Shown in pieces: positions 38,443-50,769 of a stretch of DNA of 64,000 bases. This DNA comes from Azolla caroliniana (lineage: Eukaryota; Plantae; Polypodiophyta): the NCBI GenBank assembly GCA_043228905.1, contig JBHGNT010000007.1, positions 8,804,001 through 8,868,000 on the forward strand. Reading direction: 5' to 3'. The notes under the pieces were generated by a model. That model was not told the origin of the DNA. It saw only the letters and a list, made by a program, of their open reading frames with translations, and did no database searches. Made by a program: the position numbers and the translations under genes. How positions within the stretch are numbered: the stretch's first letter is position 1; each line of letters starts with the position of its first letter.

Positions 38443-38565
38443 GTTGTTGCCTCTGTTGTAACCGCCGCCTGTGGCGAAGATCGTGAGCACGAGGTCGTTG
38501 CCTCCGTGAACTCACTGTGTTGTACATTCCAATATAGTGATAGTTTGCAGCCTATGGGCTGCCGT
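38005..38565 (+). mobile_element. Copia LTR (family of 22483-23169), left part; continues at 46757-46880
   Basis: Reverse-complement match to 22483-23169, including the 54-bp repeats; split at GCTGCCGT/GGTTTTTCCC by the gypsy insertion. Confidence 0.88.
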
Positions 38566-39658
38566 TGTCGTGACGATTTTCGGCAATAGTGTGAAAATCC
38601 CATAAAACGTACAAAATCGAGTATAAATCACATAATACAATAATTGTGAAGATAACATTTTAAATAAATTTAATATCTAAGTACAAAATGATGGAGGTTT
38701 TGAATGCACTTTATTACACGAGAAACGGACAACTAAATGTCAAGATATGAGGGTATAAAGTTTGTGAAAGGAAAAGAGAAAATTGTGAGATATCCCACAT
38801 AGGCACGACAAATACGGCTCTCATCATATATAAGGTGGAGCAAAAGATATTATCTTTGTGTCTATGTGTGGAGCATAGAGAGTTCAAGGTAACTTGAACT
38901 AAGAGTGGAGGTGGGCTAGCTACTCGTAAAGGGTTTTGGCCAACCAAAACCGGACCGACGATGGAGTCGGTGATCCGACGGCATCCGACGGCAATGATCC
39001 GACGAACCGGCGTCCGGCTACTAGATAAATAAATATATAAATATATATACATATATACGTATACAAGGAGGGCAAGTACGGATTCGAACCTTGCACCTCC
39101 AAGTTAGGAATCAATTGGCTTACCATTAAGCCATGCTATTTAGTTGAAATTATATTTCTATCATTGTACTTTTACATGTAAATTCTCATACATGAGAGCT
39201 AAAATGAGTGACATGGTTATCATGCACCACATGTAATACATAAGCGCCAAATTGCAAACATGCAATTTATGCATGTCTTGTACCCTCACATGCATCATAT
39301 GCATGAGAGCATCTATAAAAGAAGGGGGAGGAGAAAAAACATGTTTTTTTTTTATGAAAATTAAGAGGAAGAAATTCGTTATCAAATTGATCGTGTAACT
39401 TGTTTCTTAAATCTAAAGTTAAAAGTTCAATCAATCTCTCTCAATCGTGTAATCTCAACTTCTCTCTTTCCCAATCTATCTTAAGTACTTTCTCGCTAAA
39501 GCTTGCGCCAAAGCTTGTACCGACTTTGAATCCTTCCGGTCCAGAACCCCGGCGGTTCCGCCTCACGATCCGCGCATAGTGACGGATCTTCACGACATAA
39601 TCAAGTGGTGAACCCGACGTGAAAGGGGCGATAGGAAGGATCAAGTCGAGATTAATAC

Positions 39659-42074
39659 TTGGAGATGGCGTCCTCAAGGAACCAAGCGGGAGAGCTCGAA
39701 AGGATGATGCTAATCGTCGAGCAAATGATGAGATCTCGGGACAACGATGCGAGCGTGGAGAAGGCTGTCGATCGTGTCGTAGAGCTCGAGGGCCAATTTG
39801 ATGGAAGGAACGTTACGAAGTTCCTTGATGCATATAGAAGGGAGATGAATCAAAGGGACGTGTCTGAGGCACGTCAAATCGCAAGCTTCAAGAGAGTTGT
39901 CGCCAACAACATCCAAAGATGCGTCATCGAGCTTCAAGAAGGTAAGACAACATGGTCCGAGTTTGAGAAAACGATACTAGCGGAGTTCGTGACTAAAGAC
40001 TCAACGAGGATGACTCGACATGCCCTGATGAACTGGATAGAGAAGAAGAATAAGAAGATCAGCGTCTCGAGGGTGTACGACGAATTCGACCAGATGTTTA
40101 GTCGTCTCCCCAATACGGACCAAGTGTTGCTTGAAGAGGACAAGACTTTGTACTTCTTGAAGGCCGTGGACATAAAGGATAGACAGGAGTTGGGGACTCT
40201 TCTCGAAGATGATACCCAAGCAAATGGGCTCGTAGTGGACTGGATCGCGGTGAAGCGGGCATGCAATAGTCTCGACAAGCGTTGCCAATGGGTTGATGAC
40301 ACCGACTTGACGAGACCGACTACCACGGAGAAAGCAAGACCGCCGAAAGTAGCTGAGCCGCCAAGACAAAGTAACGTGGAAGAAAAGAAGATTGATGACG
40401 ACATCATTGAAGAGCTAGCGAAGAAGTTCGAGAAGGTCACGCTAGACAACATGAATCGTCGGGGCCCTAAAGGAAAAGAACCCTTTAGATGCGTGTGGTG
40501 CGATAGCATGGACCAATGAGAAGGGATTGTGCGAGCCTTCGAGAGGTGATTCGACAAAATATCGTATACATAGAGGACAACATGATCTGCTCAAGCGAGA
40601 CTAGAAGACCCCTACGGGTGAATTTCAGAAGAGGAGGAATGAAGAAATCTATGGAGGATGCCGATGCGACTCATGTGGATGTGATGCACTATGCTGTGTC
40701 GGCCGGAATAAGAGTCGGGAAAGACAAGACTGAAGCTGCTAGAGCGGGAGCAAAGTTTTGGACTTCCGTTCTCGAATATGAGAAGAAGGGAAAAGTCACA
40801 TCGAATGAGGTAGAGCTTGCGGACCGAAGCGTGCAAAGCATAACCGGGTGGTCGGATCCGGTGGACGACAACACCATACTCGCAGAGGTGATGTGCGACA
40901 ACCACGAGGTGTTCGTCGAAGAAAAGAGAAAGAGAATAGAAGAGCAAGGCCCATCAAAAAGACATGAAACAAGGAACGCAAAAAGGAAGGACGATGCGGA
41001 GACAAGTTGACCTTTACAAACGGAGGAACGAGAATCAAGCCGAAAAGGGGAGCCGAGCATACGAGTTGAAGAAACGGTTCGGCCCGTGAAGGTTGGTGTC
41101 GAAGACCCCGCTCGGAGGACTAGGACTATACCTACCTATAAGCTAAGGTCGGACATAGAGCAGACAACGGACCTAAAGAAGATTCTCGAAGAACGAGTTC
41201 TTGATAGCCATGTAACTTTGTCCTTGAGGGAATTGCTTGGCATTACGAAGAAGGAGTTCCATGACACGATCGTGGACCTTGTAAAGAGAAAGAGACAACA
41301 ATCGGGCGAGGAAGAAGAGAAGCCGCAAAAAGCAAAAACGAATGCCATAACGATGGCAAGAGACGAAATCGATGAAGATATGGTGGACAGCCACTATACT
41401 CGACCTCATTGAGCACGAGCCATGTAACTTTGTCCTTGAGGGAATTGCTTGGCATTACGAAGAAGGAGTTCCATGACACGATCGTGGACCTTGTAAAGAG
41501 AAAGAGACAACAATCGGGCGAGGAAGAAGAGAAGCCGCAAAAAGCAAAAACGAATGCCATAACGATGGCAAGAGACGAAATCGATGAAGATATGGTGGAC
41601 AGCCACTATACTCAACCTCATTGAGCACGAGCGACAACGGAGACGTCGGTGAAGATCGGGGAGAAGAAAGAGATCGTGGTAGCCTTGATCGACCACGGCT
41701 CGGAGATCAACCTCATGTCAATCGACTTCTACAAAAAAGGAAGATGGCGAATCAATACAAACCACGGATGGAAGATTCGCGTGGCAACAAAGTCTACGGA
41801 GGATTTGTATGGAACTTGTCCCAATGTCAAAGTCACGATCGGGGATGTGGAGATGGATCAACACTTCTTCGTACAAGAATCGGCGTTGCATCCTGTCATC
41901 CTAGGGCAACCTTATATCACATCATCTCGGATGGAGACCAAAGTGTTTGATAATGGAGCAACCTTCGCACGAATAAAGAGTCTTGACAACCAAAGATCGG
42001 TCCAATTCCTAACGGTGCGAGCCAATCATGAAAGGAATCGAGATAGTCTTGGAGGCAAATCCTTGGATTTTTAG
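39659..42074 (+). pseudogene. gag: gag-protease of the gypsy element (frameshifted, with a 212-bp duplication)
   Basis: ORFs 39659-40519, 40516-41010, 41086-41412 and 41649-42074; CVWCDS knuckle remnant; LIDHGSEINL aspartic protease. Confidence 0.85.
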
Positions 42075-42243
42075 AGCGGACTATTGAAGCATGGGACACA
42101 AATAGTCCGAGCAATCACAAGACCCCACAAGAAAGAAGAGTGTGTGGATTGCGAGGAGAAGCAACATGTGTCACACCTAGTGGCGCATGTAAACTAGTAC
42201 TACCCGACAAGAAGCACAAGCACCGGAAGAAGAATTCGAGAAG

Positions 42244-45200
42244 ATGCTGAAAGAAGAGAACATAATAGAAGAAGGAGAGTTCGTGACTCATATTATGGAA
42301 GAAGCCTCATTTAACGACACCATCGGCGAAATCGAGGACGTCGTGGACTTGAGCTATCTTCACAACCAACGCGTGATTTCGGTTAACTCCGTCAACATGT
42401 ACGCTATCATCGATGAATACCATCGTGGCATCTCGATGAAGGAAGCTAACATCAACACGAAATATAAAACGGTGGATAAGAAGATCAAGCCAGTTGCGGT
42501 TCCGCTACCGGAAGATAGCTGGCAAAAGATGAAGGAAGTCTCTAACGATCCAAGCTTAAGAGATCCGAAGAAGATAGGTCATATCTTCACCAAAGAGACG
42601 AAGGGGAAGCTACGAGTTGGAAAAGAGGATTTCCTTCTCCTTGAAGAGGAGCGAATGTTTCGCGATATGCTTAAGAGACATGGGAAGGCTTTCGCATTCT
42701 TCCCACGAGAAATCGGATGCGCCGACCCAAAGGTTATAGAGCTGATGGTGATCTTCACGGTGCCTCATGTGCCTTGGAATTTGAAACCGATACCGGTTCC
42801 GAGAGCACACCTTCCGAAGCTGATCGAGCTCTTAAAGGAGAAGGTGAGTATGGGAATTCTAGAACCGTCGAATGCTCCTTATTCCAATAGGTGGTTCACG
42901 GTGCCGAAGAAGAATGGATCATTGCGATTCATCCAAGATCTTCAACCCGTCAACAAGGTGACGATTCGAAATGCCGGAATCGGTCCGAGCGTGGACGAAT
43001 TTGCTGAAGCGTTTGCGGGCCGGTCCATCTACTCCATTGGCGATCTCTACTCCGGATATGACCAATTCCAATTGGCGATCGACAGTCGGGAACTTACAAC
43101 CATGAGGACTCCGATCGGGCTTGTGCGGATGTGTACCTTACCCCAAGGCGAAACGAACTCGGTGGCTCATATGGTGAATGCCATGAATAAAGTCTTGAAG
43201 GATTGCATTCCGGACATCACGATGCCATTCTTGGATGATATTCCGATAAAAGGATGTTCGGATGAGGAGAAAGATGAATCGAAAGATAAGGAAGGTTGTA
43301 GAAAGTTCGTTGCGGATCATATGAAAGATTGCGAGAAGGTGCTTCAAAGGCTCGAAGATGCAAATTTGACATTTTCGGGAGAAAAATCCGCATTTGGGAA
43401 ACCAGAGATCTTGGTGGTAGGTCACTTGTGTGGAGCATACGGCTGGAAGCCCTCACCATCCAAAGTGAACGCAATCCAAGACATGAAAGAAGAATGCGAA
43501 AACCAAACGGAGGTTCGAAGGTTCCTTGGAGCGTGCGCGTTTTATCATATATGGATTCCTCACTACGCTCATGTCGCCGAACCGTTATATGGACTACTAA
43601 AGAAAAGAATAAAGTTCGAATGGCGAGACGAGCACACAAAGGCGATGCAAAGATTAAAGAAACTGCTTCTTGAAGCTCCGGCACTAAGGAAGGCCGACTA
43701 TGCCGAAGGGAAACCAATTTACGTGACCGTAGATACGAGCCCAACCGGAATCGGGTGGGTCATCAATCAAGAAGGTGAAGATAATGCGCGATATGCCGTC
43801 CGGTTCGGAGCAAAGGTTCTCAGCGAACGGCAACAAAGATATGCCCAAGTCAAGTGGGAACTTTGGGGTATTGTGTCGGCAGTGAAGACGGACAAAGATT
43901 ACCTGATCGAGTCAGAAGTGATAATAGAGACATATTGTCTCCCAATTCTCGGAATGGTCTCGGGATGTGCGACCCCAGATCTTGCTATGCTAAGGTGGAT
44001 CACCTACATCAAGTCTTTAAACCCAGAGATCCGTCACATTGCAGGGAAGAAGAACGCCATGGCTGACATGCTGTCGAGGGCAGGATTTTCAAATGGAAGT
44101 AACATGGTTTCGGAAGATGAAGATGTCGCCCTCGACTTCTTCAAGATGGCTCGATTGTCGGCGGAAGACCAGGACACGCAAACCCTCCACGCCTTCAACG
44201 AGAACGAGTATGAAGGAGAGTGGTTACTCATCGATAGATTCCTAAGAACATTGACGACAGACGCTTCGTTGACAGAGGAGGCCCTACGAATTCGAAAGAA
44301 AGCTTACCAATACTTCTTGAAGGGAGGATTCCTTTGGCGACATCCAAAAAGAAGGACAGGAATACCATGTCGAGTGGTGGTAAAGAAAGAAGAGCAAGAG
44401 ACGTTGATGACCGAATTCCATGAGAGTGCTTGGGCAGGTCATAGAGGAACATGGGCGATGTTCGAAAAGTTGAAGGAGAAGTACTGGTGGCCAAGCATGT
44501 ACAAAGATGTACTCCATTTCGTGTACACATGCGAAACTTGCCAAGTATATTCAAATATACGTCATTGTGATGAGTTAAAGCCGACATACTCACTCACCAT
44601 ACACTTCAAATGGATGGTGGATCTGGTCTCGATGCCAATGGGAGTGGGACAAATGAAGTACTTAGTGCTGGCAAGGGAAGACTTGACAAATCAAGTGGAA
44701 GGACGAGCCTTGACAAATAAGACGACTTCAGCCGTTTGCAAATTTCTACTTGAAGATGTTGTTTGCCGATATGGATGTGTAGGGAAGATAGTGGCCGACC
44801 GAGGGGAGTTGGACGCGCACGAAGCGACGGAGCTCTTCGAAAGACTAGGAGTGAAGCTCTCCCTCACGACTGCCTACAATCCGGAAGCAAATGGGAAGAT
44901 CGAGCGAGGGCATGGACCTATCGTTAAAGCCATCGTACGAGCATGCAACGGTCGAGTCGGGAATTGGCCACGACTATTACCCTATGCCTTGTGGGCCGAT
45001 AGAACGACACATAGCTCGGTGACAGGGTATATGCCGACGGAGCTTATGTATGGACAAAAGCCGATTATCCCCATCGAAAGGACGATCGCCTCATGGGTAG
45101 CGATACCGTGGGAGAACGAGATGAGCCGAGAAGAGTTATTAGTGGCGCGGATAAGGCAACTTGAAAGAAGACCTGAAGATTTAGAAAAAGCGCGAAAGAT

Positions 45201-45555
45201 GATGAAGGCAGCCCGAGTAAAGAACAAGGTTCGGTTCGACAACACGCATCGACTTCGTCCCAAGAAGATTGAAGAAGGGGATTGGGTTTTGGTTTACGAC
45301 AGCACTCTTGACAATCAACACAGTACAACAAGGAAGTTCGCAAGAAGATGGTTCGGGCCGTATGTGGTGAAAAGTGCCAACGATAATGCCACATACCACC
45401 TTGCGGAACTAAACGGATCAAGGTTAGTCGTACCCATTGCGGGAAAAAGAGTAAAGATTTTCAAGAAAAGACAAGACAAGGATCCTGACCTCGATTACCT
45501 CGACGATGAACACAACAGGGCGGATGAAAATGAAGACATGGAGGAATCTAATTGA
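42244..45555 (+). CDS. pol: Gypsy pol polyprotein (RT, RNase H, integrase), 1103 aa open
   Basis: DLYSGYDQ, LPQG, FLDD, VRRFLG, VDTSPTGIG, N-x2-ADMLSR, H-x5-H...C-x2-C, DRG, YNPEANG, WFGPY. Confidence 0.95.
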   Translation: MLKEENIIEEGEFVTHIMEEASFNDTIGEIEDVVDLSYLHNQRVISVNSVNMYAIIDEYHRGISMKEANINTKYKTVDKKIKPVAVPLPEDSWQKMKEVSNDPSLRDPKKIGHIFTKETKGKLRVGKEDFLLLEEERMFRDMLKRHGKAFAFFPREIGCADPKVIELMVIFTVPHVPWNLKPIPVPRAHLPKLIELLKEKVSMGILEPSNAPYSNRWFTVPKKNGSLRFIQDLQPVNKVTIRNAGIGPSVDEFAEAFAGRSIYSIGDLYSGYDQFQLAIDSRELTTMRTPIGLVRMCTLPQGETNSVAHMVNAMNKVLKDCIPDITMPFLDDIPIKGCSDEEKDESKDKEGCRKFVADHMKDCEKVLQRLEDANLTFSGEKSAFGKPEILVVGHLCGAYGWKPSPSKVNAIQDMKEECENQTEVRRFLGACAFYHIWIPHYAHVAEPLYGLLKKRIKFEWRDEHTKAMQRLKKLLLEAPALRKADYAEGKPIYVTVDTSPTGIGWVINQEGEDNARYAVRFGAKVLSERQQRYAQVKWELWGIVSAVKTDKDYLIESEVIIETYCLPILGMVSGCATPDLAMLRWITYIKSLNPEIRHIAGKKNAMADMLSRAGFSNGSNMVSEDEDVALDFFKMARLSAEDQDTQTLHAFNENEYEGEWLLIDRFLRTLTTDASLTEEALRIRKKAYQYFLKGGFLWRHPKRRTGIPCRVVVKKEEQETLMTEFHESAWAGHRGTWAMFEKLKEKYWWPSMYKDVLHFVYTCETCQVYSNIRHCDELKPTYSLTIHFKWMVDLVSMPMGVGQMKYLVLAREDLTNQVEGRALTNKTTSAVCKFLLEDVVCRYGCVGKIVADRGELDAHEATELFERLGVKLSLTTAYNPEANGKIERGHGPIVKAIVRACNGRVGNWPRLLPYALWADRTTHSSVTGYMPTELMYGQKPIIPIERTIASWVAIPWENEMSREELLVARIRQLERRPEDLEKARKMMKAARVKNKVRFDNTHRLRPKKIEEGDWVLVYDSTLDNQHSTTRKFARRWFGPYVVKSANDNATYHLAELNGSRLVVPIAGKRVKIFKKRQDKDPDLDYLDDEHNRADENEDMEESN

Positions 45556-46880
45556 TCATTGTAGCCGAAATCTCACTTTCTCTCTTCTTGGCACGTACCG
45601 GAGGATGTGCGGTTTGGTGGGGGTGGATGTCGTGAAGATTTTCGGCAATAGTGTGAAAATCCCATAATACGTACAAAATCAAGTATAAATCACATAATAC
45701 AATAATTATAAAGATAACATTTTAAATAAATTTAATATCTAAGTACAAAATGATGGAGGTTTCGAATGCACTTTATTACACAAGAAACGGACAACTAAAT
45801 GTCAAGATATGAGGGTATAAAGTTTGTGAAAGGAAAAGAGAAAATTGTGAGATATTCCACATAGGCACGACAAATACGGCTCTCATCATATATAAGGTGG
45901 CGCAAAAGATATTATCTTTGTGTCTATGTGTGGAGCATAGAGAGTTCAAGGTAACTTGAACTAAGAGTGGAGGTGGGCTAGCTACTCGTAAAGGGTTTTG
46001 GCCAACCAAAACCGAACCGGCGATAGAGTCGGTGATCCGGCGGCAATCCGGTGACGGTGATCCGATGGCATCCGGCGCCAGTGAGACACCGGCATCCGAC
46101 GGCAATCCAGCGACGGTGAGGGGGCGGCATCCGGCGACGCACCGATAACCGACGGCATCCGGCGAACCGGCGTCCGGCGACTAGATAAATAAATATATAA
46201 ATATATATACATATATACATATACAAGGAGGGCAAGTAAGGATTCGAACCTTGCATCTCCAAGTTAGGAATCAATTGGCTTACCATTAAGCCATGCTATT
46301 TAGTTGAAATTATATTTCTATCATTGTGCTTTTACATGTAAATTCTCATACATGAGAGCTAAAATGAGTGACATGGTTATCATGCACCACATGTAATACA
46401 TAAGCGCCAAATGGCAAACATGAAATTTATGCATGTCTTGTACCCTCACATGCATCATATGCATGAGAGCATCTATAAAAGAAGGGGGAGGAGAAAAAAC
46501 ACGTTTTTTTTTATGAAAATTAAGAGGAAGAAATTCGTTATCAAATTGATCGTGTAACTTGTTTCTTAAATCTAAAGTTAAAAGTTCAATCAATCTCTCT
46601 CAATCGTGTAATCTCAACTTCTCTCTTTCCCAATCTATCTTAAGTACTTTCTCGCTAAATCTTGCGCCAAAGCTTGTACCGACTTTGAATCCTTCTGGTC
46701 CAGAACCCCGGCGGTTCCGCCTCACGATCCGCGCGTAGTGACGGATCTTCACGATACTGTGGTTTTTCCCTTAGTTTGGGTTTTCCACATAAACATCCTG
46801 TCTACCTTTTCTCTCCTTTGTGTCGTGCATTTGTTTCCCGTTTTCTGTGTATGATCCTAAGCTCGGTTGTGGTGGCATCA

Positions 46881-48445
46881 TATACTCTTGTTCTTTGAAT
46901 CATACTTTGTCTCAATCTTCTTTCTAGAATCATACTTTGTCTCAATCTTCTTTCTTGAATCATACATTGTCTCTATCCTTTATCTATACTTGTCTCTCTC
47001 TCACACAGATTACTTTAAACTCTTATTCTTTTTATCCTTAATCTTCCTAACATTTGTGCGCAAGCCTTATAAAAGTTCCTTCAACTCCCCCTTGACCTTA
47101 GTCCCTGCGACTTCGCCGCACGAACCACAACTACCCCGACACCGCAAGCAATCTTTCACATGGTATCAGAGCGCGTGGGTTGAGAACCTCTGCTGCAAAC
47201 ATCTACGCTTGTGAAGGAAACCCTAACAGATCGGAAAACAGACACAAAAGGAGAAATGGATAGAGGTATGGCTACGTCGCTCCCGGTGGAGAAGCTCGAC
47301 AGAACCAACTACGCATCTTGGTCATACAAGATGCACCAGTACCTGCTTGGGCATGGCTACTGGAGTTATGTCGATGGAGTGAACGACTCAGCACCGGAGA
47401 CGACACACAAGGACTTCCCAATGTGGGAACAGGCGGCAAGCAGGGTGATGTACTACTTCGCGTCCAGTGTCGGTGACCAGCTGCTCAACCATATCCGTGA
47501 CGCCAAGACACCGAAGGATGCTTGGGGAAACTTGAAAAAGGTCTTCACCACAAGCACCACTACCCGGAAGCTGCAACTCAGACAGGAGTTGAGCAATGTT
47601 CGACAGAAGAGCATGTCGGTGGCAGATTACACAGACCGGATCAAAGGGATCTGTGACTCGCTTGCCTCTATTAACGTCATCGTAGAGGAAGACGAGATGG
47701 TGCAGGTCTGTCTTGGAGGCCTGACGTCCAAGTTCGGAGCTTTCCAGACTGCGGTTTGTACAAAGGAGAATATGCCCTAATTTTTCGACTTACAGTCGAT
47801 GCTCCTTGTAGAGGAGAACCACGCCAGTGCATCTACCAGTGCATCCCCAGACAGTCGGATGCTATACACGGGAGCGGATCGGCCCCGCCGGCGTGGTGGA
47901 CGAGGCAGGTCGGCACGCAATGGAGGCGGCCGGCAAGAGCAGGAACGAAGGCACAATGAGCATGCCGACAGCAGTTCCGGGACTTCCACAAGTAGGGGGA
48001 GTCAAGGTGGTGCCGGAGGCCGGCAATACAAACCCGCTACGGAATGCCGCTACGGACAAACTCACTTTCCTGTGGCACAAGCGGATCGGCCACGTCAACT
48101 ACTGGAGGCTTCAAGACCTGCAAACGGAACAAGTTGTTTTCGGTTTGCTGAAGTTTAGCGGCCGGAGAGCCCAGATTTGTTAAGCTTGCCAACTCGGGAA
48201 GCAACACCGGCTTCCATTCCCCACCGAAAGAAATCGAAGCCGTAACAAGCTTGACCTTATCCATTCGGATGTGTGGGGACCGGCACAAAATGTTAGCATT
48301 GGCGGGAGTCGATATTTCGTCTCCTTCATCGACGACTACACACGGCATACGTGGATCTACCTCATTGAGCCGAAGAGCGAAGTGTTTCCGGAGCCTTCAG
48401 AAGATGGTGGAACGGGAATCGGAGAGGAAGATCAAATGCCTACGG
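46881..48445 (+). mobile_element. Ty1/copia fragment (LTR end, Met PBS, gag, deleted pol), related to 57978-63637
   Basis: CA-TGGTATCAGAGC at 47159-47172; gag EKLDRTNYASWSYKM; jumps to LWHKRIGHVN and HSDVWGP. Confidence 0.9.
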
Positions 48446-50400
48446 TCAAGAATCGCTACTTAGGCCACTCTTTGAGTCAACTTGTCCCATAGAAGCAGCT
48501 TGCCATGTTGCCACTCCAGTGTGTTGTGTTGGGCCATAAGGAGGAGTTAAGGCGTTCGAAAAAGCGACTCGTCTGACTTCAATTGGCATTTCGGCCGGCT
48601 TGTGCATTTCTGACTAATTGAAAACGATGTCCGAACTTTGGACGATTTGTCAGTTTTCAAGATCCCCAAGTCTGTAGCTGAATTTGCCTTCTGATCCATA
48701 ACCAAGGAAAATACATTTCCGAGATCATGGCTCAAGCTTTCGGTGATCATCCTTATGAACAAGTGTGAATGCTTCGCAGCCAAAAATCCACAACTTCTTG
48801 TAATTCAGCCTTTGGCCAGTCCAAAGCTCCTGCGGGATTTGAAGTTGTAGAGGCCTACTTGGCGACATGTTGATTATGTGCACTACAGTGAGTCACACCT
48901 CAGACCAAAAACCATTGGATAGTCTATTGTGTTGCATCATGGCGACAATTTGCTCCTATATTGTCCGATTCGTTCTTTCTGCAACGTCATTTTCTTCCGA
49001 ACTATACGAAAATGTTAACTCTCGTCTGATGCCACGTTTTTGGCAAAATTTAACGAATTCTTCAGACTTAAACTCTCCCCTGTTGTCGATCTGAAGGCAT
49101 TTCAACTTTTGACCAGACTAGTTCTCTACCATGGCGAGCCATTCCTGGAAAATCGAGAACACCCGATCTTTGGTTCAGGCCAGATTTCCCCACACCTTCA
49201 TGGTCGAGTTGTTAATGAAGCTAATGAAATAGAAGGCACCACCGAGAGATTGATGTGGCATAGGACCACAGACGTCCGAGTGGCCAGATTGAGTGGGCTC
49301 GATTCTCTCGGTGTTGTCATTGGGTATGAGGCCACGGCTTGCTTGCCATACTGGCAATGCTCGCAAAACTAATGGTCGGAGAAGGAGAATTTGGGGATAT
49401 ATCTGGCTCTGGACAAGTGCATTATGTCGGCCTTGTTGAGATGTCAAAGTCATCCCTGCCATAGTGATGACACAGGGATGTCTATTAGAAACAAGTCACC
49501 CTCTCTGATTGTGACATACAGCGGGTACAATGAATGTAGTTTCAAACCTCGAGCAAGGAGGAGGTTCCCCCGATGGAATGTCCACCCTCTCGACAAGAAG
49601 CCAGGATGGATGTCGTCTTCATCTAGCTGCCTAACTGAGATCAATGGCCATGCAAACATTGGTACGTGTCAAACATTACGTAGTACTAATGTAGAGCCAC
49701 CCGGAAGGTTAAGCTCTACTATGCCGATTCCGATGATGGCGTAGTGCTGCGAATTTCCACTCGGACTGAGTTGGAATGTTGGGCCGAATATTGCCAAAAT
49801 TGGGATCTCTAAGGGGTCACATGGTATGAAGCGCCCAAATCCAAGAGCCAAGTGCTTGGCTCTTCAGTCATAAGCAGAACTTCTTATTCGGCTGAGTGTT
49901 CAAGTCGTTCGTCAATACTTCTGTTGACGAGTCGACGTAGTTGACCTCCTCATGCCGGCCAGTCTTCTGATCAACTCGCTGAGCTTTGTCATTCTTGTCT
50001 TTGGGTGCGGAGTAATCGGCCTTGATATGTCCGGGTTTCTTGCAATAATTGCAAATTCCACTATCCTGAGACTTGCTCCAACTTCACGTGTTGTTCATCG
50101 ATCGGGAAAAACTTCTTCCTCGGTTGTTCAATCGGTCGGCCAAACTTTGTACTCCATAGGCGTCACTGGCTGAATCGTTTGCAAACAATTTTCTTCGAGC
50201 TGCTTCAGTCAAGATTGCGCTTGTGAGTTCGGAGTATTTTACTGCTGCAGTCAATGCATTGCACACAATTGTGATGAAAGTTTCCCAACAAGGGGGGAGA
50301 CTACTCATGAGCAACATTACTTTTAATTCTTCTTCAATTGTCTTCCCCTGAGCCAAAATTTGGGAGCTTAGGCTTTCGTACTCACTGAGGTGTGCCTAGG
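48446..50400 (-). mobile_element. Degenerate Ty1/copia gag-integrase fragment
   Basis: LLMSSLPPCWETF (50084-50356), HSDVCGPMP and FYFISFIN (49175-49462). Confidence 0.8.
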
Positions 50401-50769
50401 CTGAGTCATTGGTCCAAGTTGGTTTCAAACCACACGAGATCGAGCACAAAAGGGGTTGAAATTGGAAGTCGGGTACTTTAAGCTTTTTGAACTTGCTTCT
50501 TTCACAATCAAAAATACTTTTGTAATTACGTGAAAGACGTAGAAAATTAGTTATCAAACCTTTACCATGATTCTAAGAACCAAAGCATGAGATTGTATTT
50601 CAGCAACATGTCTTATGCACATAAAATAATATAGATATAGAGAAATTTTCTATCAATATTGATATGCACATTGTGAAAACGTTTTTTCCAATTCGATTCC
50701 TCACTTTATATATAGAATTTCCCATAATAATAAGAAACGAAATGAAGTCAAATTTAATTTCTCTTTAGA

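Larger units (their letters stand above)
38566..46756 (+). mobile_element. Full-length Ty3/gypsy LTR retrotransposon (no chromodomain seen)
   Basis: LTRs 38566-39597 and 45628-46756 with TGTCGTGAAGAT/ATCTTCACGACA-type inverted termini; TSD CCGT/CTGT; PBS TGGTGAACCCGACGTGA (39606-39622, tRNA-Trp type); PPT just before 45628. Confidence 0.97.
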
